A stretch of 64,000 nt of DNA from an uncultured Endomicrobiia bacterium (GCA_937928765.1 CALFVX010000003.1:128081-192080), one strand, 5' to 3'; numbered from the stretch's first letter, positions 1-10,481 are shown. Numbers and translations are program-made. The notes: generated from the letters alone by a model not told the origin.

Positions 1-90
1 TAGCTCTTGAAATATCACCATTTTTGTCTACAAAGTACAAATAGCCATCTTCTTTTTTTATACCTACTTTTGCAACTTTTTGTGCCATAT
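1..90 (-). CDS. hypothetical small protein, 5' part only; the gene continues beyond the left edge of the window
   Basis: The reverse complement of 1-90 begins ATG and reads MAQKVAKVGIKKEDGYLYFVDKNGDISRA with no stop before the window edge. It is not in the ORF track because it is truncated. Confidence 0.3.
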
Positions 91-123
91 TTTTTTACCC
101 CCTGTTTATAAATTTTTTAAAAA

Positions 124-372
124 TTATTTTTTTAATAATTTTTCTAATGAATATTGTAAATTTTCTCTTGTAATTAAATTTTCTTTAAGCCAACTTTCAA
201 TCACTGATTTTGAAAACCTATATTGACGGCCAATTTTTGATGCAGGAATTTTCTTTTGTTTTATTAATTGATAAATTTTTGATTTACCAATACCTAAATA
301 TTGGGAGAGCTCTTTAACATCCATTATTTCTTTAACAAGGTGAGAGCTGTTTTGTTTTTGTTTAGCTTCCAT
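124..372 (-). CDS. helix-turn-helix DNA-binding protein, excisionase (Xis/MerR-like HTH_17) family
   Basis: 82 aa. The motif ELSQYLGIGKSKIYQLIKQKKIPASKIGRQYRFSKSVIESWL is the classic excisionase-family HTH pattern. Confidence 0.65.
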   Translation of the reverse strand: MEAKQKQNSSHLVKEIMDVKELSQYLGIGKSKIYQLIKQKKIPASKIGRQYRFSKSVIESWLKENLITRENLQYSLEKLLKK

Positions 373-471
373 TTTGTAGTTTTAATTATTATTTATTATT
401 TTTAATTACCAAATTTTTTCATTTATTTTTTACAAAAAAAATTTTTTTTTGTCAAGAGGGGTAAAAAAAAT

Positions 472-1146
472 TTAGTAATATGTTTTTCGTATATATAATG
501 GATATAAGTTTTGTGGTTTTATTATTTTGAAAATGTTTTTATATTTATTTTCAAGAAATAACCTTATAATATTTTTAGATGATAAATTTATTTTTTTAAT
601 TTTTAAATAATCTTCAAAATTTACAAAATTCGCAACTATTATAAAACTTTTTTTATAGTTTTTTATTAAATCTTTTATCTTTTTTATTTCAAAACATTTA
701 GGATAAATTTTTTGTTCTAATTTTTTATTTTTTAATACAAATTTACAAACATAAAATTCATTTTTTACTGATGGGACCAAAGTTATTGCTTGAAAATCTT
801 GAAATTTAGAAGAATTCTCTAAAAATTCATTTATTAGCATTCCAAAAGATGTTGTAGTTATAATTTTTAGATTTAAATTTAATGCTAAAGTTTTAACAAA
901 ACTTAATCCTATTCTTAGACCAGTAAAGCTTCCTGGGCCAATATTTACTGCAAGATGTGTTATTTGGATAAGTTTTGTTTTTGTTTTTTTTAATATTTTA
1001 TTTAAAATTTTTATTAAACTCTCAGAATGATCTTCAGAAAAAATATTTTCTTCATAAAAAATTCCGTTTTTATATAAGCACATTGACAGATTTTGTGTTG
1101 AAGTATCTAAAGAAAGAACTACAGAATTTATATTTTTTTTATACAT
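472..1146 (-). CDS. tsaB: tRNA threonylcarbamoyladenosine (t6A) biosynthesis protein TsaB (YeaZ)
   Basis: N-terminus VLSLDTST followed by the GPGSFTGLRIG motif typical of the TsaB/Kae1 fold. It overlaps tsaE by 19 nt. Confidence 0.8.
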   Translation of the reverse strand: MYKKNINSVVLSLDTSTQNLSMCLYKNGIFYEENIFSEDHSESLIKILNKILKKTKTKLIQITHLAVNIGPGSFTGLRIGLSFVKTLALNLNLKIITTTSFGMLINEFLENSSKFQDFQAITLVPSVKNEFYVCKFVLKNKKLEQKIYPKCFEIKKIKDLIKNYKKSFIIVANFVNFEDYLKIKKINLSSKNIIRLFLENKYKNIFKIIKPQNLYPLYIRKTYY

Positions 1147-1589
1147 ATTTTTCTTTTTTTATAGTTTAAAAAATTAATCTTAACTTTTACAACTTTAGAA
1201 TTTTTTAAATTTTTAAATAATTTATAAATTTTTTTATTTAATTTTTCAGCCCATTCAATACAAAAGATTATTTTTTTAAATTTAGGGAGTTCTTCTATTA
1301 AATCGTTTAAAACTCTGTTTGCAAATTTTTTTTCTATTCTATATAAATCTATATGGTATAAAATTAGATTTTTTTTAAAGTATTCATTGATAATATTAAA
1401 ACTTGGACTTTTTATTTTTTCAGATTTTATTTTTAATTTTCTTATAATACCTTTTACAAATTCTGTTTTTCCGCTACCTAAGTTTCCTTGTAATAAAATG
1501 AAAATAATGTCATATCTGTGATAAATTTTTTCTATAAGTTTTGATGAAATAGAATATGTAGTTTCTAATGATGAGGAAATATAATACAT
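1128..1589 (-). CDS. tsaE: tRNA t6A biosynthesis ATPase TsaE (YjeE)
   Basis: P-loop GNLGSGKT in a protein of about 150 aa. Adjacent to and overlapping tsaB, the conserved pairing. Confidence 0.8.
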   Translation of the reverse strand: MYYISSSLETTYSISSKLIEKIYHRYDIIFILLQGNLGSGKTEFVKGIIRKLKIKSEKIKSPSFNIINEYFKKNLILYHIDLYRIEKKFANRVLNDLIEELPKFKKIIFCIEWAEKLNKKIYKLFKNLKNSKVVKVKINFLNYKKRKICIKKI

Positions 1590-1674
1590 AATAAATACAA
1601 CAAGATCATTTTAGTTGGAACTAAACTAAAAGAAGAGAATAAATTATAATAATTTTTATTTTAAATTTTATATT

Positions 1675-1899
1675 TTATTTTTGTTCAGATGAAGAAGATT
1701 GTTGTTGTGATTCCTGTTCTAATTTTTTTGCCTCAATACTATCTTTAATAGAAGTTATTCCAGCAATAACTGCTAGAAGTCCTGCTCCTAATAATATTAT
1801 CGGTAAAATTCCTTGAATTACAATTGCTTGTCCTGGCCAGACCACCCATAGATATATGCTTATTATAACTGTTATTATGCCACCTATTAATGCTCCCAT
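1675..1899 (-). CDS. small membrane protein with two predicted TM helices and a Q/S/E-rich tail
   Basis: 74 aa with two hydrophobic segments (GALIGGIITVIISIYLWVV and ILPIILLGAGLLAVIAGI) and a polar C-terminus. Confidence 0.4.
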   Translation of the reverse strand: MGALIGGIITVIISIYLWVVWPGQAIVIQGILPIILLGAGLLAVIAGITSIKDSIEAKKLEQESQQQSSSSEQK

Positions 1900-2133
1900 A
1901 ATTTGACCCTCCTTGTAATTTTAAAATTATGATAGATATTTTTTTATAAAATATATATCAAAATGTCAATACATTTAAAATAAAAATTTTTAGAAGTTGA
2001 AAAAAGCATATAAAAAACATAAAAAATAAGAAACAAAAATTTTAATTATGCATCTAAACAATATGAAAAATATAGATAACTTTTAATAAATAAGTATTTG
2101 TAATAATTTTTTTATTTAAAAGAGGTAAAATTT

Positions 2134-4773
2134 ATGAATCCGGAAAAATTTACTATAAAATCACAGGAAGTTTTGTATAATGCACAAAGGTTAGCTGAAA
2201 AAAGAAAAAATCCAGAGCTTACTCCTGAACATATTTTATATTCCTTACTTACAACTGATAACTCATTTGTTTTAGATATAGTAAAAAAGATAGGTGTAGA
2301 TGTTAAAAAAATATTAAGTGATATAGAATTACAACTTAATGCTTTACCTCAATCAACATCTTTTACAAATAAAACAGATTCTTCTATTTATATTTCTGGC
2401 CGCAGCAGAAAAGTTTTAGATTATACTTTAGATATAGTTGAAGAATTTAAAGACGAATATATTTCAGTAGAACATTTATTTTTAGGTATTATAAAAGAAG
2501 GTGGAATATCAGCAAAGATTTTAGAAAAGTATGAAATAAATTATAATCGTGTTTTAGAAGCAATAAAACTTTTACGAGGAGACCAACGAATAACAGACCA
2601 AAATCCTGAAGAAATAAAAAAACCTTTAGAGAAATTCGGTCGTGATTTAACTCATCTTGCACGTATGGGAAAACTCGATCCTGTAATTGGTAGAGATCAG
2701 GAGATAAGAAGAACTATACAGGTTTTATCTCGTAGGACAAAGAATAATCCTGTTTTAATAGGAGATCCTGGGGTTGGTAAAACAGCTATTGTTGAAGGTT
2801 TAGCACAAAGAATTGTTTTAGGTGATGTTCCTGAAGGATTAAAAGAAAAGGTTGTATTTCAGTTAGATTTAGGTGCTTTAGTTGCAGGAACAAAATTTCG
2901 CGGCGAGTTTGAAGAAAGGTTGAAATCTGTCCTTAAGGCAATAACCGAATCAAAAGGTCAGATTATCCTTTTTATTGATGAAATTCATACATTAGTTGGA
3001 GCTGGTGCTGCAGAAGGTGCAATTGATGCATCAAATATGTTAAAGCCTATGTTGGCAAGAGGTGAACTAAGATGTATTGGTGCAACAACTGTTGAGGAGT
3101 ACAGAAAATATATTGAAAAAGATCGTGCTTTGGAAAGAAGGTTTCAGCCAATTTTAGTTTCAGAACCATCAGTAGAAGATACTATTGCAATTCTTCGTGG
3201 GTTAAAAGAAAGATACGAAGTTCATCATGGTATAAAGATTAAAGATGAGGCAATAGTTGCAGCTGCTGTTTTATCTAACAGGTATATAACAGAAAGGTTT
3301 TTGCCAGACAAAGCAATAGATTTGATAGACGAAGCTGCAAGTAAGTTAAGAATAGAGATAGACTCAATGCCGTCAGAAATTGATGATATCCAAAGAAAGA
3401 TTAAGCAACTTGAAATTGAGAAACAAGCGGTAAAAACTGGTATAGGTTTAGAACCTACAGATGAAAAAGAGTTAAATAAAAAACTTAAAGAAATAGATGA
3501 TCAAATTAAAGAATTAAGACAAAAATATGAAGTTTTGTATAACCAGTGGAATAAAGAAAAAGAGTTGATCACAAAAATTAAAGAAATAAAACAAGAAATA
3601 GAAAAGCTTAAATATGAAAAACAACAAGCAGAACTAGAAGGCAATCTTTCTTTAGCAGCAGAGATACAATATGGTCATCTGCCATCAAAAGAGAAAGAAT
3701 TAGACAAGTTGTATTCCCAACTTCAAGAAGTGCAAAAAGATACAAGGATGTTAAAAGAAGAAGTTGATGAAGAAGATATAGCAGAAGTTATCTCAAAATG
3801 GACCTCTATACCAGTAAAAAAACTTGTCCAAACAGAAAAAGAAAAGTTAATCCATATGGAAGAATATTTAAAACAATATATAGTAGGACAAGCTCATGCA
3901 ATAGAAAAAATTTCTGATTGTATACGAAGAGCAAGATCTGGACTTTCAGATCCGCAAAAACCGCTTGGAGTGTTTTTATTTTTAGGACCAACAGGTGTTG
4001 GAAAAACAGAGCTTGCAAAACGTTTAGCTGAGTTTTTGTTTAATGACCAAAAATATCTAGTAAGAATAGATATGTCAGAGTATATGGAAAAACATTCAGT
4101 TGCGCGACTTATTGGTGCACCACCTGGATATGTTGGCTATGAAGAAGGTGGCCAACTTACTGAACAAGTTAGACGAAAACCTTACTGTGTGATTTTGTTT
4201 GACGAAGTTGAAAAAGCCCATCCTGAAGTGTTTAACATTTTGTTGCAAGTATTTGACGATGGCAGGCTTACAGATTCTAAAGGTAGAACAGTTGATTTTA
4301 AAAATACTGTGATAATTATGACATCTAATATAGCAACAGAATTTATAACAAATCTTTCAAAGAAAGAAAAAATTTCTTATGAACAGATAAACCAATATGT
4401 TTTAGAAGAACTAAAAAAATTTTTTAAGATAGAGTTTTTAAATAGAATAGATGAAATTGTAGTATTTAATCCTCTTGGGCTTAAAGAAATTATAAAAATT
4501 GTAGAACTACAGCTTAAAGATTTACAGAATCGTCTTAAAGACAAAAATATAGAAGTAGAATTTACTGAGGAAGTTAAAGAGCTTCTTGCAAGACAAGGTT
4601 TTGATATAACTTTTGGTGCAAGACCACTTAAAAGAGTTATACAACAAAAAGTTTATAATTTAATAGCTAAAAAAATTCTTGAAGGAGAAGTTAAAGAAAA
4701 CAATAAAATTTTAATTGATATTGATGAAAAAAATAATATTTTCGTGAGAAAGGTTCTTAATTATAAAAATTAA
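2134..4773 (+). CDS. clpB: ATP-dependent chaperone ClpB
   Basis: 879 aa with two AAA+ modules (GDPGVGKT and GPTGVGKT Walker A motifs), a long coiled-coil middle domain and the Clp N-terminal repeat domain. Confidence 0.95.
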   Translation: MNPEKFTIKSQEVLYNAQRLAEKRKNPELTPEHILYSLLTTDNSFVLDIVKKIGVDVKKILSDIELQLNALPQSTSFTNKTDSSIYISGRSRKVLDYTLDIVEEFKDEYISVEHLFLGIIKEGGISAKILEKYEINYNRVLEAIKLLRGDQRITDQNPEEIKKPLEKFGRDLTHLARMGKLDPVIGRDQEIRRTIQVLSRRTKNNPVLIGDPGVGKTAIVEGLAQRIVLGDVPEGLKEKVVFQLDLGALVAGTKFRGEFEERLKSVLKAITESKGQIILFIDEIHTLVGAGAAEGAIDASNMLKPMLARGELRCIGATTVEEYRKYIEKDRALERRFQPILVSEPSVEDTIAILRGLKERYEVHHGIKIKDEAIVAAAVLSNRYITERFLPDKAIDLIDEAASKLRIEIDSMPSEIDDIQRKIKQLEIEKQAVKTGIGLEPTDEKELNKKLKEIDDQIKELRQKYEVLYNQWNKEKELITKIKEIKQEIEKLKYEKQQAELEGNLSLAAEIQYGHLPSKEKELDKLYSQLQEVQKDTRMLKEEVDEEDIAEVISKWTSIPVKKLVQTEKEKLIHMEEYLKQYIVGQAHAIEKISDCIRRARSGLSDPQKPLGVFLFLGPTGVGKTELAKRLAEFLFNDQKYLVRIDMSEYMEKHSVARLIGAPPGYVGYEEGGQLTEQVRRKPYCVILFDEVEKAHPEVFNILLQVFDDGRLTDSKGRTVDFKNTVIIMTSNIATEFITNLSKKEKISYEQINQYVLEELKKFFKIEFLNRIDEIVVFNPLGLKEIIKIVELQLKDLQNRLKDKNIEVEFTEEVKELLARQGFDITFGARPLKRVIQQKVYNLIAKKILEGEVKENNKILIDIDEKNNIFVRKVLNYKN

Positions 4774-5029
4774 ACGAAATGAGATTAAATTTGTATTTAT
4801 ATCTTTTTATATTACTTTAATTTTTCTTACGGCTTTATTAAAATAAATAGTTTTTAAACATTAACAATTCGTATTATTGTTTAAAAAATTTGTTAATAAA
4901 AATATTTGTGTTTCTATTTTAGATTTGAAATAATAAACTAAACCTTAAGTAGAATCTTAAACTATGAAAAAAATTTATATAATAAATATGATAATTTTTT
5001 CATTGTTTATTTTTTAATTACTTTCAGAT

Positions 5030-5314
5030 TTGGTGTTTATAATTTCATACGCAAAAGAATTTTTTGGTGTAAATTTGGGTGGTAATATAAAGTATATTTC
5101 AAGCAAATTATTAAATACAGCAACTGCGATATGTATAGATTTAGGTATTATAAAGAATTATATAGATAACAAACTTTCATTAGGTATAATCGTTTACAAT
5201 TTAGGTACAAAAATAAAATATTATGCTGAAGAAGAAAATTTACCTACGGGTATAAAATTAGGTTTTGGATATAAAAATTTTATTTTTGACTATAGATTTG
5301 TTTCTTATGGTTAA
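5030..5314 (+). CDS. hypothetical protein, possibly a C-terminal fragment of a beta-barrel outer-membrane protein
   Basis: 94 aa ending in an aromatic terminus (FDYRFVSYG). It is in frame with an upstream 17-codon signal-peptide-like mini-ORF (4964-5017) and separated from it by a TAA. Confidence 0.3.
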   Translation: MVFIISYAKEFFGVNLGGNIKYISSKLLNTATAICIDLGIIKNYIDNKLSLGIIVYNLGTKIKYYAEEENLPTGIKLGFGYKNFIFDYRFVSYG

Positions 5315-5416
5315 TTAGGACAAATATATAGAGAATTTCATTTTCTGTAAAATTTTAGTTATTATAGGAAGTTATACTAAGTTTTTATTATACAACCTTG
5401 TTTTTTATATTGAAAT

Positions 5417-5857
5417 TTGATATTTACCCAAAATATGGGTGGGATATTTTTGGTTAAAAAATTACAGGAAATTTTAGAATTTGAATATACAGATATTTTT
5501 ACCTACAACAATGAAGCAAATCTTTTTAAAGAAAAAATCAAAGATAGAGAACAACTCTTCCAAATTTATAAAAACTTTGCATTAGAAGAGCTAACCCATG
5601 CAGATATTATATCAAAACAAATTTCTTCTTTAGGAGAAATTCCTTTTTGGGAGTACAAAAATATTTTTGTTTCAAATTCAATACGTGAGTCTTTAAAATT
5701 ACATTTAGATAGAGAAATAACAGTATATAAAACATATATAGACCTAATTAAACAAGTTGAAGATAGAGAGCTTAAAATACTTCTTAAAGGTATAAGAGAT
5801 AACGAAAAAGGACATATTGAACAAATTAGTAAATTTTTAAAAAAAATAGCAAGATAA
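5417..5857 (+). CDS. ferritin-like diiron protein, bacterioferritin-related
   Basis: Four-helix pattern with E-x-x-H pairs (EELTHADIISKQISSLGEIP resembles the bacterioferritin EEMKHADKLIERILFLEGIP region; NEKGHIEQ is a second E-x-x-H). The ORF starts at TTG; ATG at 5435 is an alternative start. Confidence 0.5.
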   Translation: MIFTQNMGGIFLVKKLQEILEFEYTDIFTYNNEANLFKEKIKDREQLFQIYKNFALEELTHADIISKQISSLGEIPFWEYKNIFVSNSIRESLKLHLDREITVYKTYIDLIKQVEDRELKILLKGIRDNEKGHIEQISKFLKKIAR

Positions 5858-5890
5858 TTAGGTTTTTATATATAGTTGTAAAATATGTTC

Positions 5891-7267
5891 TTATATTCTT
5901 AGCATTAACCATATATAAGCTAACAACATTGTTGAAAGGCCTACTAAAAAACCTATCTTAATCCATTCAAAAAAATTTATTTTTGTCTTAAATTTCTTAT
6001 CTAACATACCCAATGCTATAATGTTTGCAGTAGAACCTATTAGTGTAATATTTCCGCCAAAACATCCTCCGAATAAGATTGACCACCAAAATAATGAGTT
6101 TGTTGTGGTTAAATTTTTCAAATTAACTACAATAGGAATATAAGAAGCCACAACTACTACATTGTCTAATACACTTGACAAAAATCCAGAAGAAAAAAGT
6201 AAGCCTAAAGATAGAATTTTATCATTATTTTTTGAAAAATTCGTTATAATTTCTGCAAATTTTTTTGCAATACCTGAAGATTGTAAAACACCTGCTTGGG
6301 CGAATAAAAATAAAAAAAATAATAGTGAGTTCCATTCTATTTCATGTTCAATATACTTTGTAGCTTTTTTGTAGTTTACTATTAAAACTAAACCTGCAAT
6401 TATTATTGGAATTATTACTAAAATTGTATTTTCTTCTAAAAATAAAATTTTTTCAAAACGTCTATGTAAAGCAATAAGTATTACAGTGAGAATAAATATT
6501 CCACTACTAATTTTTGTTTTTTTATCCATTGGTGTTGAAATTAGATATAAAAAAGAAAAGTTTTCAGTATGAGGTTTAAGTTTTAGTGAAAGTTCCTCTA
6601 TGTATTTTTTATAGAAAATTTTTAAAATTACTGATGTTATAAAAAGACAAATGATTGTCAGCGGTAGAGAGTGAACAATAAAATCTTCAAAAGAAAGTTT
6701 GCCTCTTATTGCAATAAGCACACCTATAGGATTGCCTAAAACAGTTGATGCAGAACCTATGTTTGTAGTGATTATACAAGAAATCAAAAATGGTATAGGA
6801 GAAATTTCTAAAAATTCGCATATAGAAAAAATTATTGTTGCAACAAGAATTATAGATGTAACTTCGTCCATTAAACCTGACAGAAACCAAGAAATTGTAG
6901 TTAAAGCAAAAAATAATTTATCACCATTAAGATTTTTTATTCTTAATATTCTTGTGGTGATATAATAAAAAACTCCTTTTTCTTTTAACATTGCTAAAAT
7001 TATCATCATTCCTATAAGAAACCAAATAACATCCAATGAAGCATATCTTACAAATTCTTCAAGATTTGTTGCATGAATCAATAACATTATTCCACTACCT
7101 ATAAAAACAAATCCTACTCTGAATTCCCAAAAAAATAGTGTGCCTAAAATTGATGTTGAGAATACTGCTAAAATAAAAGATTGTTGTAGGGTAAAATCTA
7201 GAAAAATATAACTAAAAATACTTACTAGAATTGAAAAAGCTAATAATATTAAAAATTTTTGTTTCAT
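5891..7267 (-). CDS. ion-transporter superfamily permease (ArsB/NhaD/SLC13-like anion transporter)
   Basis: 458 aa, polytopic membrane protein with repeated G-S-(A/T)-x-N/x-V-L-G-N-P loop motifs (IGSASTVLGNPIG, IGSTANIIALG). Confidence 0.65.
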   Translation of the reverse strand: MKQKFLILLAFSILVSIFSYIFLDFTLQQSFILAVFSTSILGTLFFWEFRVGFVFIGSGIMLLIHATNLEEFVRYASLDVIWFLIGMMIILAMLKEKGVFYYITTRILRIKNLNGDKLFFALTTISWFLSGLMDEVTSIILVATIIFSICEFLEISPIPFLISCIITTNIGSASTVLGNPIGVLIAIRGKLSFEDFIVHSLPLTIICLFITSVILKIFYKKYIEELSLKLKPHTENFSFLYLISTPMDKKTKISSGIFILTVILIALHRRFEKILFLEENTILVIIPIIIAGLVLIVNYKKATKYIEHEIEWNSLLFFLFLFAQAGVLQSSGIAKKFAEIITNFSKNNDKILSLGLLFSSGFLSSVLDNVVVVASYIPIVVNLKNLTTTNSLFWWSILFGGCFGGNITLIGSTANIIALGMLDKKFKTKINFFEWIKIGFLVGLSTMLLAYIWLMLRI

Positions 7268-7330
7268 AAAATTGAAAGTTATATAATAAAATTTATAGTA
7301 AAAATCAACAAAATAAGTATAAAGATAACT

Positions 7331-7711
7331 ATGAAAAAATTTTTTTATTGGTTAGAAGTGATTTTATGGTGCGGATTAATTTTTTTCTTCTCTAGCATTC
7401 CAGATTTAAAAATTGAAAGATTAGGTTTTTGGGATTTTATTTTGCGTAAAATTGTGCATATAACAGAATACTGTATACTTGTGATACTTTTTTTTAGAGC
7501 ATTTAAAACTTCTTTAATTTATGAAGATTACATAAAAAAAGGTTATTTTTTAAGTATATTTTTATCTTTTCTTTATGCAATATCTGATGAGATTCATCAA
7601 TATTTTGTCCCAGCAAGACACTTCGCTTTAACAGATATATTTATTGATACAATAGGTATAATTTTAGGAATTTTTTTGTGGAATAAAATTTTTAATAAAC
7701 CAAAAACTTGA
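7331..7711 (+). CDS. VanZ-family membrane protein
   Basis: RKIVHITEYCILVILF ... SDEIHQYFVPARHFALTDIFIDTIG matches the VanZ-like signature. Start trimmed to the internal ATG at 7331 (MKKFFYW). Confidence 0.7.
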   Translation: MKKFFYWLEVILWCGLIFFFSSIPDLKIERLGFWDFILRKIVHITEYCILVILFFRAFKTSLIYEDYIKKGYFLSIFLSFLYAISDEIHQYFVPARHFALTDIFIDTIGIILGIFLWNKIFNKPKT

Positions 7712-7880
7712 AATTTAAAATTTGATTTGATATATAATAACATTTGAACAAAATTGATGGTTCTGTTAACTTTTGATGTTATCTTTTGAGTAGAAATTTA
7801 TAAATATTTCAAGAGTTAGATTACATATTACAGCAGTTAGGTTAATGGTGAATAGCGAAAGATTAAAAAAGTGATAGAGT

Positions 7881-8046
7881 GAGAAATTAAAAAAGATTTC
7901 CATATCTGACCATTAATTGTCGGCTAAGAAATTTTTGTGTTAAAAATTTGTTGTGTTGTTGCGAGTATAAGGTCACATTTATCATTTTTTTAATTTTACC
8001 GTTAATAAAACATAAAAAAACTCATAAATAAAGTTAATAGAACTAA
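7881..8046 (+). repeat. repeated intergenic leader element, copy 1 (upstream of rpsF)
   Basis: About 85% identical to 24111-24235 over roughly 110 nt (TTTTTGTGTTAAAA..TTTGTTGTGTT..ATTTATCATTTTTTTAAT.TTACCGT.AATAA.ACATAAAAAA..ATAAATAAAGTTAA), with weaker similarity further 5' (GTGATAGAGTGAGAAATTAAAAAAG). Confidence 0.6.
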
Positions 8047-8074
8047 CTTGATAAGGAGGCGATATAGAAATAAA

Positions 8075-8437
8075 ATGAAAAATTTTTATGAGATAGTAAC
8101 AATTTTTTCACCTAACACTGATGAACAAAAGCTACAAGAATATATAAAAAAAATCAAATCAATAATTTCTTTATGTGAGGGTAATATAATAAAGGAAGAA
8201 AATTGGGGTAATAAAAAACTTGCTTATGAAATAAAGAAGTTTAGCAGTGGGATTTATCATTTTATATTTTGTGAAGCAAATAAATCATCTTTACCTTCAG
8301 AATTAAAAAAATTTTTTTCTATGACAGAAAATGTAATAAGATATGGTATTAAAAAAATCGTACAGAAAAAACAGAAAATAGCAAGTTCTATTGATGATAC
8401 AAGAGTAGATCCTTTAGAATATACACATAAACAATAA
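8075..8437 (+). CDS. rpsF: 30S ribosomal protein S6
   Basis: YEIVTIFSP...WGNKKLAYEI is the S6 signature. AGGAGG lies 16 nt upstream of the ATG at 8075; the track ORF starts earlier at 8048. Confidence 0.9.
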   Translation: MKNFYEIVTIFSPNTDEQKLQEYIKKIKSIISLCEGNIIKEENWGNKKLAYEIKKFSSGIYHFIFCEANKSSLPSELKKFFSMTENVIRYGIKKIVQKKQKIASSIDDTRVDPLEYTHKQ

Positions 8438-8454
8438 AAAATTATAAACTATTT

Positions 8455-8796
8455 TTGATGAATAATAAAGATTTTTACGATGAAAATCATGTTATCTTTT
8501 CTGGGAGGTTAACTCAGGATCCAATCATAAGATATACAAAATCAAAGACACCTGTTGTAAGATTCACTTTAGCTGTAAATTATTTTATAAAAGAACAAAA
8601 AGAAACTTTATTTATCCCAATAGTGGCTTTTGGAGATTTAGCCTTAGAGATATCTTCATTATTAAAAAAAGGTATGCCAGTAAAAGTTGAAGGTAAACTT
8701 ATAAGTAGGAAATTTGAAACATCTGAAGAAGAAAAAAAATTTTTTGAAGTTTATGTAAACAAAGTGGAAATTTTTACTAAAAAAAAGGAGGAATGA
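8455..8796 (+). CDS. ssb: single-stranded DNA-binding protein-like OB-fold protein (short, no acidic C-terminal tip)
   Basis: 113 aa with the SSB-like core [30 protein letters not shown]. It sits at the canonical rpsF-ssb position but ends in KKKEE rather than DDDIPF, and no rpsR follows. Confidence 0.6.
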   Translation: MMNNKDFYDENHVIFSGRLTQDPIIRYTKSKTPVVRFTLAVNYFIKEQKETLFIPIVAFGDLALEISSLLKKGMPVKVEGKLISRKFETSEEEKKFFEVYVNKVEIFTKKKEE

Positions 8797-8800
8797 TTTT

Positions 8801-9790
8801 ATGGTAAAAATTTATTATGATAAAGATGCGGACTTAGATATTTTGAAGGATAAAGTTGTGGGTATTATAGGTTATGGTATCCAAGGCAGAGGACAGAGTT
8901 TGTGTATTCGTGAATCATCAGTAAAAGTAATTGTTTCAGAATTAGAAGGTACAAAAAATTATGAACAAGCAAAGCAGGACGGATTTGAAGTTTATCAAGC
9001 AGATGAGGTTGCAAAACAAGCTGATATAATTCAAATTTTGACACAGGATCATGTTCAAGCAGAGGTTTATAAAAAATCAATTAAAAGACATTTAAGAAAA
9101 GGAAAAGCTTTATGTTTTTCTCACGGCTTTAACATACATTTTAGACAAATTAAACCACCAAAAGATATAGATGTTTTTATGGTAGCACCAAAAGGTCCAG
9201 GAGCACTAGTGTTGGAGATGTACAAACAAGGCAAAGGGGTACCTGCATTAGTTGCAGTATATCAAGATGCAACAGGAAGTGCACTGAAGTTAGCTTTAGC
9301 ATATGCAAAAGCTATTGGTGCTACGAGAGCAGGTGTGATTGAAACAACGTTTAAAGAAGAAACAGAGACAGATCTTTTTGGAGAACAAGCAGTTTTGTGT
9401 GGTGGTGCAACTGCGTTGATTCAGGCAGGGTTTGATATTTTAGTAGAAGCAGGATATCAACCAGAAATTGCTTATTTTGAGGTTTTGCACGAATTAAAAC
9501 TTATCACTGATTTAATTCAACAAAAAGGTATTTCTGGTATGAGAAGGAATGTTTCTAACACAGCATGTTATGGAGATTTAACTCGTGGCCCAAGAATTAT
9601 AAATGATAAAGTTAAAAAAGTTATGAGAAAAATTTTAAAAGAGATACAGACAGGAAAATTTGCTCGTGAATGGATAAAAGAAAATAAAACTGGCAGACAA
9701 AAATTTAATGAATTGTTAAAAAAAGGTGATGAGCATCCAATTGAAGATGTAGGTAAAAAATTAAGAGAGATGATGCCATGGATGAAGTAA
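8801..9790 (+). CDS. ilvC: ketol-acid reductoisomerase (class I)
   Basis: 329 aa with Rossmann motif GIIGYGIQG and the conserved KARI C-terminal domain. Confidence 0.95.
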   Translation: MVKIYYDKDADLDILKDKVVGIIGYGIQGRGQSLCIRESSVKVIVSELEGTKNYEQAKQDGFEVYQADEVAKQADIIQILTQDHVQAEVYKKSIKRHLRKGKALCFSHGFNIHFRQIKPPKDIDVFMVAPKGPGALVLEMYKQGKGVPALVAVYQDATGSALKLALAYAKAIGATRAGVIETTFKEETETDLFGEQAVLCGGATALIQAGFDILVEAGYQPEIAYFEVLHELKLITDLIQQKGISGMRRNVSNTACYGDLTRGPRIINDKVKKVMRKILKEIQTGKFAREWIKENKTGRQKFNELLKKGDEHPIEDVGKKLREMMPWMK

Positions 9791-9826
9791 AATATTACTG
9801 AGATTTTACTAAATTTAAAAGGTATT

Positions 9827-10456
9827 ATGATAGATGAAGGGAAAAAAGTTGTATTTTTGTTTGCTTTTATTACAATATTTATTTGGATTTTAAGTTTTAT
9901 ATATAACTCTTTTTTACTCTTACCATTTATAATATTTTTTTGTATTTTAACTCTGTTATTAGTTAATTTTTTTCGTGATCCTCAAAGGAAGATTAACAAA
10001 GAGGATTCTTTTCTATTTTCTCCTGCAGACGGAAAAATTTTTGATATTATAGAGACGAAAGAAAACTATTGTATAAAAATTTTTATGTCAATATTTGATG
10101 TTCACATACAACGTGCACCCAAAGATTGTATTGTAAAAGATATATCTTACACTCCTGGAAAATTTTTTCCTGCAGGTAGAATTTTCTCTGAAAATTTTAA
10201 TGAAAAAAACATTATTGAATTAGAGACAAAAGATAAGGATAAACTTATAATAACACAAATTGCTGGAGTTTTAGCACGAAGGATTGTTTGTTGGGTTAAA
10301 AAAGAATCTTTTTTGTTTCAAGGAGATAAAATTGGTGCTATACTTTTGGGTTCGCAGGTAAATTTTGAATTTCCAAAAGATAAATATAGAATTTTGATAA
10401 AAAGTAAACAGAAAGTGTATGCTGGAATTACTGCTGTTGCTGTAAAAATAAAATAA
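9827..10456 (+). CDS. psd: phosphatidylserine decarboxylase proenzyme (short, archaeal-type)
   Basis: FSPADGKI...FMSIFDVHIQRAP...LLGSQV, with the LGS self-cleavage site. N-terminal TM anchor. Adjacent to pssA. Confidence 0.75.
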   Translation: MIDEGKKVVFLFAFITIFIWILSFIYNSFLLLPFIIFFCILTLLLVNFFRDPQRKINKEDSFLFSPADGKIFDIIETKENYCIKIFMSIFDVHIQRAPKDCIVKDISYTPGKFFPAGRIFSENFNEKNIIELETKDKDKLIITQIAGVLARRIVCWVKKESFLFQGDKIGAILLGSQVNFEFPKDKYRILIKSKQKVYAGITAVAVKIK

Positions 10457-10481
10457 ATTTTTTGCAAAAAAGTAAAAATTT

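Noticed and set aside
1675-1899. The small two-TM protein could be a holin. An excisionase-family gene is nearby.
   Set aside because: The C-terminal tail is Q/S/E-rich and acidic rather than basic, there is no endolysin or phage gene nearby, and it sits next to tsaE/tsaB. Kept as a generic small membrane protein.
1899-2133. I looked for a CIRCE/HrcA operator (TTAGCACTC-N9-GAGTGCTAA) or another heat-shock element in the 235-nt clpB upstream region.
   Set aside because: No such inverted repeat is present. There are only AT-rich sequence and an AGAGGT RBS, so I make no call.
3806-4018. Antisense or alternate-frame ORFs of 60-110 aa inside clpB, the permease, ilvC, asd, glmU, thrS, glgP, dnaG, rpoD, pheT, proA, pilT, pncB and others. 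Examples: 3806-4018, 6162-6374, 6699-6965, 8865-9080, 11908-12195, 16454-16729, 20269-20634, 43110-43397, 55751-56239, 61565-61897.
   Set aside because: They lie wholly within well-supported genes on the other strand or frame, are low-complexity K/F/L/I-rich as expected for random ORFs in AT-rich DNA, and have no RBS or recognisable motifs.
4774-5029. I checked the long clpB-downstream spacer for tmRNA, RNase P, SRP or 6S RNA.
   Set aside because: No tRNA-like acceptor/T-arm (GGTTCGA.TCC), no GC-rich conserved helices and nothing resembling the SRP domain IV motif. Only the signal-peptide mini-ORF is notable, and it is reported separately.
8455-8796. I considered calling the 113-aa OB-fold protein PriB (E. 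coli has rpsF-priB-rpsR).
   Set aside because: PriB is restricted to beta/gamma-proteobacteria, and the sequence pattern fits the SSB core, so I call it SSB-like.
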